Below are positions 19,929-29,581 of a stretch of DNA of 64,000 nucleotides, one piece after another. Within the stretch, counting starts at the first letter, position 1; every line of letters starts with the position of its first letter. The stretch spans positions 309,319-373,318 of the forward strand of contig CBDCGU010000003.1 in NCBI GenBank assembly GCA_965216945.1, written 5' to 3'. The position numbers and the translations under genes are program-made. Below the pieces are notes generated by a model. The model was not told where the DNA came from. It made no database searches and was given only the letters and a program-made list of their open reading frames with translations. Source of the DNA: Acidimicrobiia bacterium (GTDB taxonomy: Bacteria; Actinomycetota; Acidimicrobiia; Spongiisociales; UBA5794).

Positions 19929-19997
19929 CGATGAGTCCTCGTTTCGGTCGGGAAGATGGCCGGATGCTAACGGTGAGAGAAGCGCCGCCGGGGCCGC

Positions 19998-21305
19998 TCA
20001 GCGTGCCAGGCGGCGGCGGGCTTCGCCTACGACGTAGAGCGAACCGCTGATGACGACGGAGCCGTTGGCGGCAACCCGATCGAGGGCCTCGGTGACCGCC
20101 TGGCCCACAGGGGTGACCACCTCCACCGGGATTTCGTCACCCAGCGTCTTGCGTGCCGCCCTCGCCACGTCGCCGGCGGGAAGGGCCGCAGGGTCTTCGG
20201 GGGCGGTGGCGATCACCTCGGTCACGAGGCCCCGGAACGGCTCGAGCAGCGTCTCGGGATCCCGCTCGCCTCTGAAGCCGACGACGAGCACCCGCTCCCC
20301 CTGCGGGAACTCCTCGGCGAGAGCCGTGGCGAGTCCCGTCAGTCCCTCTTCGTTGTGGGCGCCGTCGGCCAGGATCAGCGGGCTGCGACCGAGCACTTCG
20401 AGCCGACCCGGCGATGTGGCGGCGGCCGCCGCTGCTCGCACCACATCGGAGTCGAGGGCGCGGCCGAAGAAGGTCTCGGCTGCCGCCACCGCCGTGGCGA
20501 GATGATCCACCTGGTGTCGGCCGTGCAGTGGGAGAAAGACGTCGTCGTAGTCGCCGTAGATGCCGCGGAGATCGGCCAACCAGCCGCCGACCGCCTGCGC
20601 CGCCTCGGCAACGTCGTAGTGCTCACCGCGCCGCAGCCACTTCGAGTCGGTTGCGGCGACGCGAGCCGTCACTGCACCCTCGGCGGCAGCGGGAAGGGGG
20701 CCCGACACCAACGTGCCTCCGTCTTTGAGGATGCCGACCTTCTCTGCGGCGATCGAGGCCAGCGAGTTGCCGAGATAGGAAGTGTGGTCGATGGCGATTC
20801 CGGTGATCACCGATACATCCGCCGAGACCACGTTGGTGGCGTCGAGCCTGCCACCGAGCCCCACTTCGACGACAACGGCGTCGGCCGCGGCAGCAGCAAA
20901 CGCAGCAAAGGCGATGGCCGCCGTCAGCTCGAAGTACGTGACCGTCGTGTGCTCGCGTTCCTCGAACAACTCCACGAACGGCGCCACATCCGCCACCGCT
21001 TGCACGAAGTCGTCCTCGGCCAGTGCGGCGCCGTTCAGAGAGAATCGCTCCTCGATGCGCTCGAGGTGAGGTGAGGTGAAGGCACCGACCGTGAGCCCCA
21101 GCTCCGCAAACAAGCCCTCGAGGAGGCGCACGGTTGTCGTCTTGCCGTTCGTCCCGGCGACGTGCACGACGGGAGCGATGCGATGTGGTTCCCCCATGAC
21201 ATCCATCAGCCCGCGGATTCGCTCGAGCCCCGGCTTGACGCCACTACCGATACGCGCATCGAGAAACGCGATCGCATCCGTACGTGAGTCGATGACGGTC
21301 GCCAC
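19998..21305 (-). CDS. folC: Folylpolyglutamate synthase/dihydrofolate synthase
   Basis: HVAGTNGKTT, FTSPHL, EVGLGGRLDATN, DGAHN, SGSLYVVGEAR; GTG start at 21305. Confidence 0.95.
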   Translation of the reverse strand: MATVIDSRTDAIAFLDARIGSGVKPGLERIRGLMDVMGEPHRIAPVVHVAGTNGKTTTVRLLEGLFAELGLTVGAFTSPHLERIEERFSLNGAALAEDDFVQAVADVAPFVELFEEREHTTVTYFELTAAIAFAAFAAAAADAVVVEVGLGGRLDATNVVSADVSVITGIAIDHTSYLGNSLASIAAEKVGILKDGGTLVSGPLPAAAEGAVTARVAATDSKWLRRGEHYDVAEAAQAVGGWLADLRGIYGDYDDVFLPLHGRHQVDHLATAVAAAETFFGRALDSDVVRAAAAAATSPGRLEVLGRSPLILADGAHNEEGLTGLATALAEEFPQGERVLVVGFRGERDPETLLEPFRGLVTEVIATAPEDPAALPAGDVARAARKTLGDEIPVEVVTPVGQAVTEALDRVAANGSVVISGSLYVVGEARRRLAR

Positions 21306-21313
21306 AGCCCCGC

Positions 21314-23905
21314 TCAACCCAGCTCGGCGAGCTGCGTGCGCAGCTTGTCGAGTCGAGCTTCGAACTCGTCCCGCTTCGCCTCCTCCTTGGCCACGATCTC
21401 GGAGGGGGCCCGTTCCCGGAAGCTCTCGTTTGCCAGCTTCTTCTCCGAAGCGGTGAGCATCTTCTCGGTCTCGGCAATCGCCTTCTCGAGCCGCGGTCGC
21501 TCCGACTCGATGTCGACGAGGCCGGCAAGCGGGATGTAGGCGGCCACCTTGCCTGCGGGGACGCGGGTCATGCCCGCCAGGTCGGCGGGCGCCGTGTGCG
21601 TCAGCACCTCCACTCCGGCAAGGGCGATCAGCTGGGTCTCCCACCACGACTCGACCGTTCCGTCGGGAGCGTCGAGGTGGATCCCGATCGGCTTACGCCC
21701 GAGTTGGTGCTCGGCGCGGAACCTGCGGAGGCCGCCGACCAGCTCCTGCAGGTCCGTCACCGCATCCGGAGCGTCGATCACCGGCGGGGCCGGCCAGGCG
21801 GCGGTGATCAGCATCGACCCGTCTCCGAGCTCACTCCAGAGCTCTTCCGTCACGAAGGGTATGGCGGGATGGAACAGCTTGAGCACGTCCCGTAGCACCA
21901 CGCCGAGCGTCGTCTTGGTCGTGGCGGCCCTGGCGCCCTCCTGCAGCGGCGACTTCGCCATCTCGAGATACCAGTCGAACACCTCCGACCAGGCGAAGTT
22001 GTAGAGCAGCGCCATGGCGTCAGAGAAGCGATAGTCGTCGAGCAGATGGTCGTACTCGTCGGTGACCTCGTGCAGGCGGCGCAGGATCCAGGCGTCCTCG
22101 GGGCCGGGTGCCGCCGGGTAGCCGCCATCGGCGGGCACGCGGGAGATACCCACGTGCTCCACGGCGAATCGCAGCGCGTTCCACAGCTTGTTGCCGAACC
22201 GCCGCGTGGCGTCGATCCACTGCTCGTCGAGGGGGATGTCGTTGCCCGGCGCTGCGGAGCGCAACAACGCCAGCCTCACAGCATCGGCGCCGTACTGGTC
22301 GACCAGCTCCAGCGGGTCCAGCACGTTTCTGAACGACTTCGACATCTTCTTGCCTTCGAAGTCGCGCACCATGCCGTGGATGACGACGTCGGCGAACGGC
22401 TCGGTGCCCGTGAAATGGACGCCCATCATCATCATCCGGGACACCCAGAAGGTGATGATGTCGAATCCGGTGACCAGCGCCGTCGTCGGGTAGTACGTGG
22501 CGAGATCGTCCGTCTCCTCGGGCCAACCCATGGTGCTGAACGGGAAGAGGGCGGACGAGAACCACGTGTCGAGCACGTCCTCCTCACGCCGCAGCTCACC
22601 GCCGCATTCTCCGCACGAAGCCGGTTCGTCGATGCTCACGATCATCTCGCCACAGGCGTCGCAGTACCAGGCGGGGATTTGATGGCCCCACCAGAGCTGA
22701 CGGCTGATGCACCAGTCGCGCAGGTTCTCCATCCAGCGGAAGTAGTTGTTCTCCCAGCGTCTCGGGGAGAACACCGTGCGGCCTTCCCTGACCGATGCGA
22801 TCGCCGGATCGGCGAGCGGCCGCACCTTCACGAACCACTGGTCGGAGAGCATCGGCTCGACCACCGTCCCGCATCGGGAGCAGTGCCCCACCGAGTGATG
22901 GTGCTCCTCGACCTTCACCAGGTAGCCCTGCTTCTGCAGCGCATGGCGAACGGCCTCGCGGGCCTCGAAGCGGTCCTGTCCGAAGAACTCGCCTCCGGCC
23001 CGGGTGATGTTGGCGTCCTCGTCGATCACCTTCACCGCCGGGAGTCCGTGTCGCTCGCCGATCTCGAAATCGAGCGGGTCGTGAGCCGGCGTCACCTTCA
23101 CGGCGCCGGTTCCGAACTCCATGTCGACCTCGCTGTCGGCGACGACGGGGATCTCGCGTCCGAGCAAGGGCAGCACGACGGTTTTGCCGATCTTGTCGGT
23201 ATACCGGTCGTCGTCGGGGTGAACGGCGACGGCCGTGTCGCCAAGCATCGTCTCCGGGCGCGTCGTGGCCACCACCACGCTGCCGGATCCGTCGGCAAAG
23301 TCGTAGCGGATGTGGGTCAGCTCGCCGATCTCGTCCTCGTGCTCCACCTCGATGTCGGAGATGGCCGTGTGACAGCGCGGACACCAGTTGATGATCCGGT
23401 TGCCGCGGTAGATGAGTCCGTCGTGGTAGAGCTCCACGAAGACCTTCCGTACCGCGGCGCTCAGGCCATCGTCGAGCGTGAATCGCTCTCGGGACCAGTC
23501 GGTGGAGAAGCCCATGCGGCGCATCTGGTTCGTGATACCGCTCCCCGAGCGCGCCTTCCACTCCCACACCTGCTCGACGAAGCGCTCACGGCCGAGGTCA
23601 TGTCGAGTGAGCCCTTCGATGGCCAGCTCACGTTCCACCACGTTCTGGGTGGCGATGCCGGCATGGTCGGTGCCGGGCAGCCAGAGCGCGGCGTATCCCT
23701 GCATCCGCTTCCGGCGAATCAACAGGTCTTGGATCGACTGATCGAGGGCGTGGCCCATGTGGAGCACACCGGTGACATTGGGTGGTGGGATGACGATCGA
23801 GAACGGTTCGCCATCAGGGTTGACCTCAGGCCGGAACGTCCCCGCACGCTCCCAGACGTCGTACCAGCGCGCCTCGATCTCGGCCGGCTCGTACGTTGGC
23901 TTCAT
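21314..23905 (-). CDS. valS: Valine--tRNA ligase
   Basis: PPPNVTGVLHMGHA, DWCISRQLWWGH, KMSKS, C-terminal coiled coil. Confidence 0.98.
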   Translation of the reverse strand: MKPTYEPAEIEARWYDVWERAGTFRPEVNPDGEPFSIVIPPPNVTGVLHMGHALDQSIQDLLIRRKRMQGYAALWLPGTDHAGIATQNVVERELAIEGLTRHDLGRERFVEQVWEWKARSGSGITNQMRRMGFSTDWSRERFTLDDGLSAAVRKVFVELYHDGLIYRGNRIINWCPRCHTAISDIEVEHEDEIGELTHIRYDFADGSGSVVVATTRPETMLGDTAVAVHPDDDRYTDKIGKTVVLPLLGREIPVVADSEVDMEFGTGAVKVTPAHDPLDFEIGERHGLPAVKVIDEDANITRAGGEFFGQDRFEAREAVRHALQKQGYLVKVEEHHHSVGHCSRCGTVVEPMLSDQWFVKVRPLADPAIASVREGRTVFSPRRWENNYFRWMENLRDWCISRQLWWGHQIPAWYCDACGEMIVSIDEPASCGECGGELRREEDVLDTWFSSALFPFSTMGWPEETDDLATYYPTTALVTGFDIITFWVSRMMMMGVHFTGTEPFADVVIHGMVRDFEGKKMSKSFRNVLDPLELVDQYGADAVRLALLRSAAPGNDIPLDEQWIDATRRFGNKLWNALRFAVEHVGISRVPADGGYPAAPGPEDAWILRRLHEVTDEYDHLLDDYRFSDAMALLYNFAWSEVFDWYLEMAKSPLQEGARAATTKTTLGVVLRDVLKLFHPAIPFVTEELWSELGDGSMLITAAWPAPPVIDAPDAVTDLQELVGGLRRFRAEHQLGRKPIGIHLDAPDGTVESWWETQLIALAGVEVLTHTAPADLAGMTRVPAGKVAAYIPLAGLVDIESERPRLEKAIAETEKMLTASEKKLANESFRERAPSEIVAKEEAKRDEFEARLDKLRTQLAELG

Positions 23906-24033
23906 CGGTCATCCGTTTCTCCTCGGGAGGAACGCCGAATGATATCGGGTCCAGCAAGCGACGGAACTCGACGACGCCGAGGCCGGCAACCAGATCGGGA
24001 TGAGCTGGTCGGCGCCGGACGCTTCGATTCAGC

Positions 24034-24150
24034 TCACGAACGTAGCGCCTCGATCAATTGGTCCTTCGTCATGTCCGAACGCCCGTCGACGCCAACCTTC
24101 TGCGCGGTCGCTGAGCTCTCACCCTCCTCCGCCCGCCGCACCTGGTCCAT
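24034..24150 (-). pseudogene. Short Rho termination factor N-terminal-domain-like ORF or remnant
   Basis: Manual translation ...AQKVGVDGRSDMTKDQLIEALRS*, resembling the GRSxMTKxELI motif of small Rho_N-type proteins; 38 aa from ATG 24150. Confidence 0.5.
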
Positions 24151-24222
24151 CCAGCACGCATGTTTGCCGATCGTACGCGCCGGGTAGGGCACATCCGGAC
24201 GACGATTCAAGGAGAAACCTAC

Positions 24223-24822
24223 ATGGAGACCAGCTCTCGCCCTCCTGCAACGGCAGACCGAGCCGGCTGGACCGACATGAGTTCGGTGACCGAGCGGTTC
24301 GGAGGAGGTGACTTCCTCGCCGCCGTGCTAGGGATGTTCGCCGCACTCGGCGTTCTCGTATTCGTCGCCGCGCTCATCGCGGCCGGTGCTGCTTCCATCA
24401 GCTACCAGCCGAACCTCATCGACGTCGACGGCAACCTGGACAGCGTCGACGTCGTCGGTTCCATCGTGGCGCTCGGCGTCGTTTTCGCTGCATTCTTCGT
24501 CGGCGGATTTGCCGCTGGTCGCATCGCTCGATACGACGGCGGCGTCAACGGGTTCGGCCCGGCGCTTCTGTTTGTGTTGCTCGTGGGCGTCTTCGCTGCC
24601 CTCGGCACGTGGTCGGGCGCCGAATACAACGCCTTTGCAAGCATTGACCTGCCCAATTGGGTTGCCCAACTCGACGCCGACGACCTGACCCTCAAGGCAG
24701 CGGCAGCCGCAATCGGCGGCATTGTCGCTGCAAGCTTCGGTGGCTACGTCGGCGGGCTCGCCGGCGAAACGTTCCATCGTCGGGCGGACGCGGCACTCGC
24801 CCAGGCAGCTGCCCGGTCCTGA
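24223..24822 (+). CDS. Four-TM hypothetical membrane protein
   Basis: AGGAGA RBS before ATG 24223; four hydrophobic Gly-rich helices (FFVGGFAAGRIA, GGYVGGLAGE). Confidence 0.75.
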   Translation: METSSRPPATADRAGWTDMSSVTERFGGGDFLAAVLGMFAALGVLVFVAALIAAGAASISYQPNLIDVDGNLDSVDVVGSIVALGVVFAAFFVGGFAAGRIARYDGGVNGFGPALLFVLLVGVFAALGTWSGAEYNAFASIDLPNWVAQLDADDLTLKAAAAAIGGIVAASFGGYVGGLAGETFHRRADAALAQAAARS

Positions 24823-24875
24823 CCAGCCAACCGACCTGTCGCCCACGACCCCGCTCGAGACGAAAGGAGGGGAGC

Positions 24876-24935
24876 ATGTATATCAGCATCGGAGGACTGA
24901 TCCTTCTCCTGATCATTCTCATCCTCATCTTCTGA
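24876..24935 (+). CDS. 19-aa single-TM small protein MYISIGGLILLLIILILIF
   Basis: Strong RBS aaaggagggg before ATG, GC3-type codons (atc/ctc/ctg), followed by a hairpin. Confidence 0.65.
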   Translation: MYISIGGLILLLIILILIF

Positions 24936-24962
24936 ACACCCTCCAAAACGCAGATGCCCAAA

Positions 24963-25008
24963 ACGCGCCCAGCGACCATCCGAACCAAAGGATGGTCGCT
25001 GGGCGCGT
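24963..25008. terminator. Perfect 19-bp stem hairpin between convergent genes
   Basis: acgcgcccagcgaccatcc-gaaccaaa-ggatggtcgctgggcgcgt. Confidence 0.7.
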
Positions 25009-25130
25009 CTCGACTGGTGCACGACGATGCGCCGCTTCCGCCCACCACACTGCGATCGACGCCGCGACGACGGCTGTCGCAGACGCCCACAACCTGGGCT
25101 CGCACATCGGGTCCCGGACGCGCCGAAACC

Positions 25131-25724
25131 TCAACTCGCGGGCGGGCGATGCGGGTCGTCCTCGCCGGAATCGGCTGCGATGAGGGCACTGGCGATGGGG
25201 TTCTCGGCGACGATGATGAGCTGCCGGATGGCATAGAACAGCATCAGCATCACCGCGACGAAGGTCCCGCCGGTGATGGCGCCGCCGAACACGACGCCGT
25301 AGTACACCCACACGTACCACTCCTGATCGACGTCGGCCTCTCCGATCGGCACACTGAGGAACATCAGCAGGAGCACCGATCCTGCAATGACCACGGTCGT
25401 GAGCAGGGCGATGTGCCGGATTCGCTCGTAGTGGCTCCTGCGGTACTCGAGCTCGTGGGTGATGGTGAAGGTGATCAACGTCAGCATGAGGGCGAGAATC
25501 GTCGCCCCACCCGCGATGTAGGCCGATGTCGCAAAGCGTACGGTGGGAAGCACGCTGTCGAGCAGTCGCCTCGCTTCGACCTCGGTTGCCGTGCCGAAAA
25601 CGCTGATTCCGAAGAAGACGACAAGCGCAGCGACACCGCCGCCGGCAAGCGCCCAGCGAATGTCGTCGCGGCGCTCCTCGGCCTCCTCCACCGCTTCCGC
25701 GGTGTGCGCGTCGTCAGAACTCAC
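25131..25724 (-). CDS. Hypothetical membrane protein
   Basis: 197 aa, about 4 TM helices, overlaps the stop of the upstream PLD gene. Confidence 0.7.
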   Translation of the reverse strand: MSSDDAHTAEAVEEAEERRDDIRWALAGGGVAALVVFFGISVFGTATEVEARRLLDSVLPTVRFATSAYIAGGATILALMLTLITFTITHELEYRRSHYERIRHIALLTTVVIAGSVLLLMFLSVPIGEADVDQEWYVWVYYGVVFGGAITGGTFVAVMLMLFYAIRQLIIVAENPIASALIAADSGEDDPHRPPAS

Positions 25725-26913
25725 GTCGTAGCGGTCGGAGCAATCCGGCCGCGAGCCGGCCCATCGGGCCGACCTCGTCTTCGCCCGGATCGGTCACGAG
25801 CTCGGAAGAGCCCACGTCGTCCCGGGCGTGCTCCTCGAGAGCGGCGGCAACGGTCTCGTCGAGGATGACGGCTCCGACCTCCTCGTCCTTCTGCACCGAT
25901 CGCATGTTGACGTTGACAGAGCCGACGAAGGCAGCACACCCGTCGACGATGACGGCTTTCGTGTGGAGCATCGTGGGCTGGTACCGCCACACGCTGATTC
26001 CGTTGGCGATCAGCGAGGAATATCGTTGTGACGCCACCATGGCGCTGACTCGCTTGTCGATGTGCGGACCGGGGACCACGATGTCGATCTGGACACCACG
26101 CTGGTGAGCTGCGACGAGCTGGTCGACCAGCGGGTCCGAAGGGTTGAAGTAGGGCGTCTCGATGATCACACGCTGGTTGGCCGCCAAAACGAGGGCTTCG
26201 AACACCAGTTCGGCGTCGTTGTAGCTGATCCGAGCCGACGCATCGACCACGGCGACGTCGACGTCACCGCCGGGGCGAGGCGGATCGACGAGCACGTCCT
26301 CGCCCCGGACGGGGTGGCCCGCCGCCCGCCAGTCGGACAGAAACGCGGCGCGCAGGCCCTTCACGGCCGGACCCTCGATGCGGAAGTGCGTGTCTCGCCA
26401 CTCGTCCGGACTGCGGGCGTTGCCTTCCCATTCTTCGGCAATACCGACGCCGCCCGTGAAGGCCACCTGGTTGTCACACACGAGGATCTTGCGATGGGTG
26501 CGATGGTCGCTCTCCCAGAATTTCCACCGCACCGGGGGACGGAAGCGCTCGATGTGAACGCCGGCGTCGCGCATGCTGTCGAGAAGGTCGGGTTGCATCT
26601 TGGCGGATCCGAATCCGTCGAGGAGCACCCGCACGAGCAGTCCGCGGCGCGCCTTGCTCGCGAAGGCGTCGGCCATGGCCTCGGCGACCGGACCCGTCCA
26701 GTAGACGAACGTCACGAACTCGATGGTGTGCTGCGCCGACTCGATCCCCGCCAGCATCGCCGGGAAGATCTCGTCCCCGTTGCGCAGCACGGTCACGTGG
26801 TTTCCACTCGTCAACGCTGGGCCGATGACGGCCTCGACGGCGTTGCGGAGTCGCTGCGGAGTCGCAACCGACTTCCCTTTGCGTCGCGGGTTCGATGGGG
26901 AGGCGGCTGTCAT
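25714..26913 (-). CDS. Cardiolipin synthase-like phospholipase D (ClsB type)
   Basis: Two HKD motifs HRKILVCD and HTKAVIVD, NGDEIFPAML, WRDTH, TPYF. Confidence 0.92.
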   Translation of the reverse strand: MTAASPSNPRRKGKSVATPQRLRNAVEAVIGPALTSGNHVTVLRNGDEIFPAMLAGIESAQHTIEFVTFVYWTGPVAEAMADAFASKARRGLLVRVLLDGFGSAKMQPDLLDSMRDAGVHIERFRPPVRWKFWESDHRTHRKILVCDNQVAFTGGVGIAEEWEGNARSPDEWRDTHFRIEGPAVKGLRAAFLSDWRAAGHPVRGEDVLVDPPRPGGDVDVAVVDASARISYNDAELVFEALVLAANQRVIIETPYFNPSDPLVDQLVAAHQRGVQIDIVVPGPHIDKRVSAMVASQRYSSLIANGISVWRYQPTMLHTKAVIVDGCAAFVGSVNVNMRSVQKDEEVGAVILDETVAAALEEHARDDVGSSELVTDPGEDEVGPMGRLAAGLLRPLRREF

Positions 26914-26923
26914 CTCCGCGACC

Positions 26924-27757
26924 TCATGCCGGGGGCTCGAGAGCGGCGCGCAGCGCATCGAGGTCCAGGTCCGGTTGAGGGTAGCTGAGGTTCATCGCCC
27001 GAAAGCGCTCGGCGAGAAGGGTGGCTATCGCCCAATTTCGGTACCACTTGTGATCTGCCGGGATGACGTGCCACGGAGCATCCTCGGTGGAGGTGCGAGC
27101 AACGATCGTCCCGTACGCACTCTGGAACTCGTCCCAGTTCCGCCGAGTCTCCAGGTCGGCGGCCGAGAACTTCCAGCGTTTGTCATCCCGACGCAACCTC
27201 CGCAGAAATCGATAGCGCTGCTCATCGTACGAGATGTGGAGGAGGCATTTGACGATCACGACACCGGAGTCGACGAGCTCGGATTCGAAGCCCAGGATGT
27301 CATCGATGCGGTCGTCGACGTCATCCGCCTCTTCTTTGCCTTCGGCAAGGGGCACCAGCACGTCCTCGTAGTGCGAGCGATCGAAGACACCGAGTACACC
27401 GGGCTGTGGTACTTCCTTGCGGATCCTCCAGAGGAAGTGGCGTTCCTTCTCCTCGTCGGTGGGGTCGACGAAGGACGCGACCCTGACGCCGGCCGGGTTC
27501 ATGGCGTCGACGACGTGCTTGATGGTTCCGTTCTTCCCGGAGGCGTCCGTGCCTTGGAGAACCAGCAGCATGGCCCGCTCCTTGGCGGCGAACATCATCT
27601 CGTGCAAGTCGAACAGCTCGTCGCGGAGTTCTTCGAGCTCCGCCTTGGCGTCCTTCTTGCCGTCGACACCAGGGGTGGCCGCCGGGTCGTAGCCCGCCAG
27701 AGTGAACCGCTCGTCGGTGAGTGATACCCGCAACTGCTCAATCAACTCACCGGCCAT
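26924..27757 (-). CDS. ppk2: Polyphosphate kinase 2 (class III-like)
   Basis: QGTDASGKNG Walker A, FDRSHYEDV, KRWKFS, APWHVIPADHKWYRN. Confidence 0.93.
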   Translation of the reverse strand: MAGELIEQLRVSLTDERFTLAGYDPAATPGVDGKKDAKAELEELRDELFDLHEMMFAAKERAMLLVLQGTDASGKNGTIKHVVDAMNPAGVRVASFVDPTDEEKERHFLWRIRKEVPQPGVLGVFDRSHYEDVLVPLAEGKEEADDVDDRIDDILGFESELVDSGVVIVKCLLHISYDEQRYRFLRRLRRDDKRWKFSAADLETRRNWDEFQSAYGTIVARTSTEDAPWHVIPADHKWYRNWAIATLLAERFRAMNLSYPQPDLDLDALRAALEPPA

Positions 27758-28697
27758 GGGGTGCCCCCTCCTTCGCCAGGTCTTCGGATTCCCGAACCAC
27801 CGGATCGTGGATCCCCGCGCGCTCGGCCTCGAGCTCCGCGTTCACGGCGACGCCGTAGAGGACCGCGATCGCCGAGACCTGGGTCCAGAGGGCGAGCGCG
27901 ATGAAGCCGCCGAGTGGTCCGTAGGTCTCACCGAAGGTGCCGGAGTTGTTGAGGTACAGCGCAAGTGCCGCCGACGAGACCACCCACAAGACGGCCGCAA
28001 CGAACCCCCCGACGGCGAGCCACCGTATGGTCGGCTGGCGGCGGTTTGGTGCCACCGAGTAGAGACCGGCGAGGGCGATCACCAACGCAAGAATCCCGAG
28101 CGGCCATCGTGCCCACGCCCAAACGGCGGATGCCGGGTCCTCGAAGTACCCGCCGAGAGAGCCGCCTAGGGCCGTGAGCCCGAACGCCATCGCCACCAGG
28201 ACACCGGCGGTCAAGGTCAATGCAGCCGCCGTCGCGTACCGGAGCAGGGTTGGGCGATCCTGGTCGACGCCGTAGATCCGGGTGGAGCCCCGCTGGAGCT
28301 GGGCAGTGGCGGTGACTGCCGCGATGAGCATGGCGATCCCGCCCACGAGAACGGCGATCCAGTTGCCGCTCGACCCTGTCTCCGATCCCTGGGCGAGCGC
28401 CTGCCGGAAAATCTCGCCCGCGGGGCCGGGCGCAAGCGAATCCACCATCGTAGAAACGGCTCGTCTGATCTGGCCCTCGCCGAGCGCTGCCGCAAGTCCG
28501 ACGACGAAGATCGTGCCGGGGATGAGCGTCAAGATTCCTTGAAATGCGATGGATCGCGCAAAGCTGAAGCCGTCACCCTGACGGAACCGCGAACCGGCGC
28601 GCTTGGCGATGCTCCAGGCTTCCGCCTCGCGGAGCGTCTCGAGGGCGTTCTCCCCGTCGAGATCCTCGCGAACCGGTACCGTGCGTACGTTGCTCAT
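27747..28697 (-). CDS. YihY/BrkB family membrane protein
   Basis: Multi-TM, TFGETYGPLGGFIALALW..GVAVNAE. Confidence 0.88.
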   Translation of the reverse strand: MSNVRTVPVREDLDGENALETLREAEAWSIAKRAGSRFRQGDGFSFARSIAFQGILTLIPGTIFVVGLAAALGEGQIRRAVSTMVDSLAPGPAGEIFRQALAQGSETGSSGNWIAVLVGGIAMLIAAVTATAQLQRGSTRIYGVDQDRPTLLRYATAAALTLTAGVLVAMAFGLTALGGSLGGYFEDPASAVWAWARWPLGILALVIALAGLYSVAPNRRQPTIRWLAVGGFVAAVLWVVSSAALALYLNNSGTFGETYGPLGGFIALALWTQVSAIAVLYGVAVNAELEAERAGIHDPVVRESEDLAKEGAPHGR

Positions 28698-29581
28698 CTG
28701 CCGTCCTTCGGTGTGACGATCGCGGCGCGTTCATCACCTACGCCCACGGAGAACTCGGTTGCCGGGTCTCGTTCCTCGCCGTCGAGTTGATACGGCACGG
28801 GTCGACCCGTCGTAATGGAGATCTGCCGGCCTGCGGCGCGGTTGACCGGGCCTCCGGTGCCGTCGTTGCGGATGACGGCCAGCGCCGCTCGCAGCCAGTC
28901 ACCGATCCCCTGTGCGGAGACAACGAGGAGATCGACCCGGCCGTCGGCGGCGTCCGCATCCGGGAAGAGGGCGACACCGCCTTGGAGCTTCCCGTGGTTC
29001 GCCACCAGGGCGGAGGACGCTCTTCCCCTCCACGTTGGGGCGGAGTCGACCTCGATCGAGCATTCGAACTTGTCATCGTGCAGGTGTCGGAGCGCCGACA
29101 CAACGTATGCGATGCTCCCCACGGCGTTCTTCGCCGTGCGGTCGGTGTCGCGCATGAGCGCAGCGTCCAGCCCGATCCCGGCCATCACGACGAACGCCTC
29201 GTCGTTGACGAACCCCACATCAATCTCGTGCGTCGTCCCCTCCTTGACGAGCCCGGCCGCGGCGTCGAGGTCGAGGGGGATACCCAAGTTGCGCGCCAGG
29301 AGGTTGCCGGTGCCGGTGGGGATCAGGGCGACCGGGGTGCCGTGCTTCGCCGCGACCTCCACGCAGGCCCGCACCGTTCCATCGCCGCCGCAGGCAACGA
29401 TCAGGCCGGCGCCTCTTGCGATGGCCTCCTCGGTCTGCGCCGAACCCGGATCGGTCTCGGTCGTCGCATACCAATCGCCGTCCACACCGATGCGAGCCAT
29501 GGCCTCGCCGAGCCGCCGCTCGATTCCCTCCTCCGAGACCGGGTTCACGATGAACGCCACACGGCGTTCAGACGGATTCAT
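28694..29581 (-). CDS. Diacylglycerol/lipid kinase family protein
   Basis: IVNPVS, CGGDGT, PTGTGNLLARNL, MAGIGLDA, QLDGE. Confidence 0.92.
   Translation of the reverse strand: MNPSERRVAFIVNPVSEEGIERRLGEAMARIGVDGDWYATTETDPGSAQTEEAIARGAGLIVACGGDGTVRACVEVAAKHGTPVALIPTGTGNLLARNLGIPLDLDAAAGLVKEGTTHEIDVGFVNDEAFVVMAGIGLDAALMRDTDRTAKNAVGSIAYVVSALRHLHDDKFECSIEVDSAPTWRGRASSALVANHGKLQGGVALFPDADAADGRVDLLVVSAQGIGDWLRAALAVIRNDGTGGPVNRAAGRQISITTGRPVPYQLDGEERDPATEFSVGVGDERAAIVTPKDGR

Noticed and set aside
22046-24187. Long antisense or alternate-frame ORFs (e.g. 22046..24187, 15070..16872, 3555..5318, 42500..43852)
   Set aside because: Shadow ORFs expected opposite real genes in high-GC DNA; no recognisable motifs
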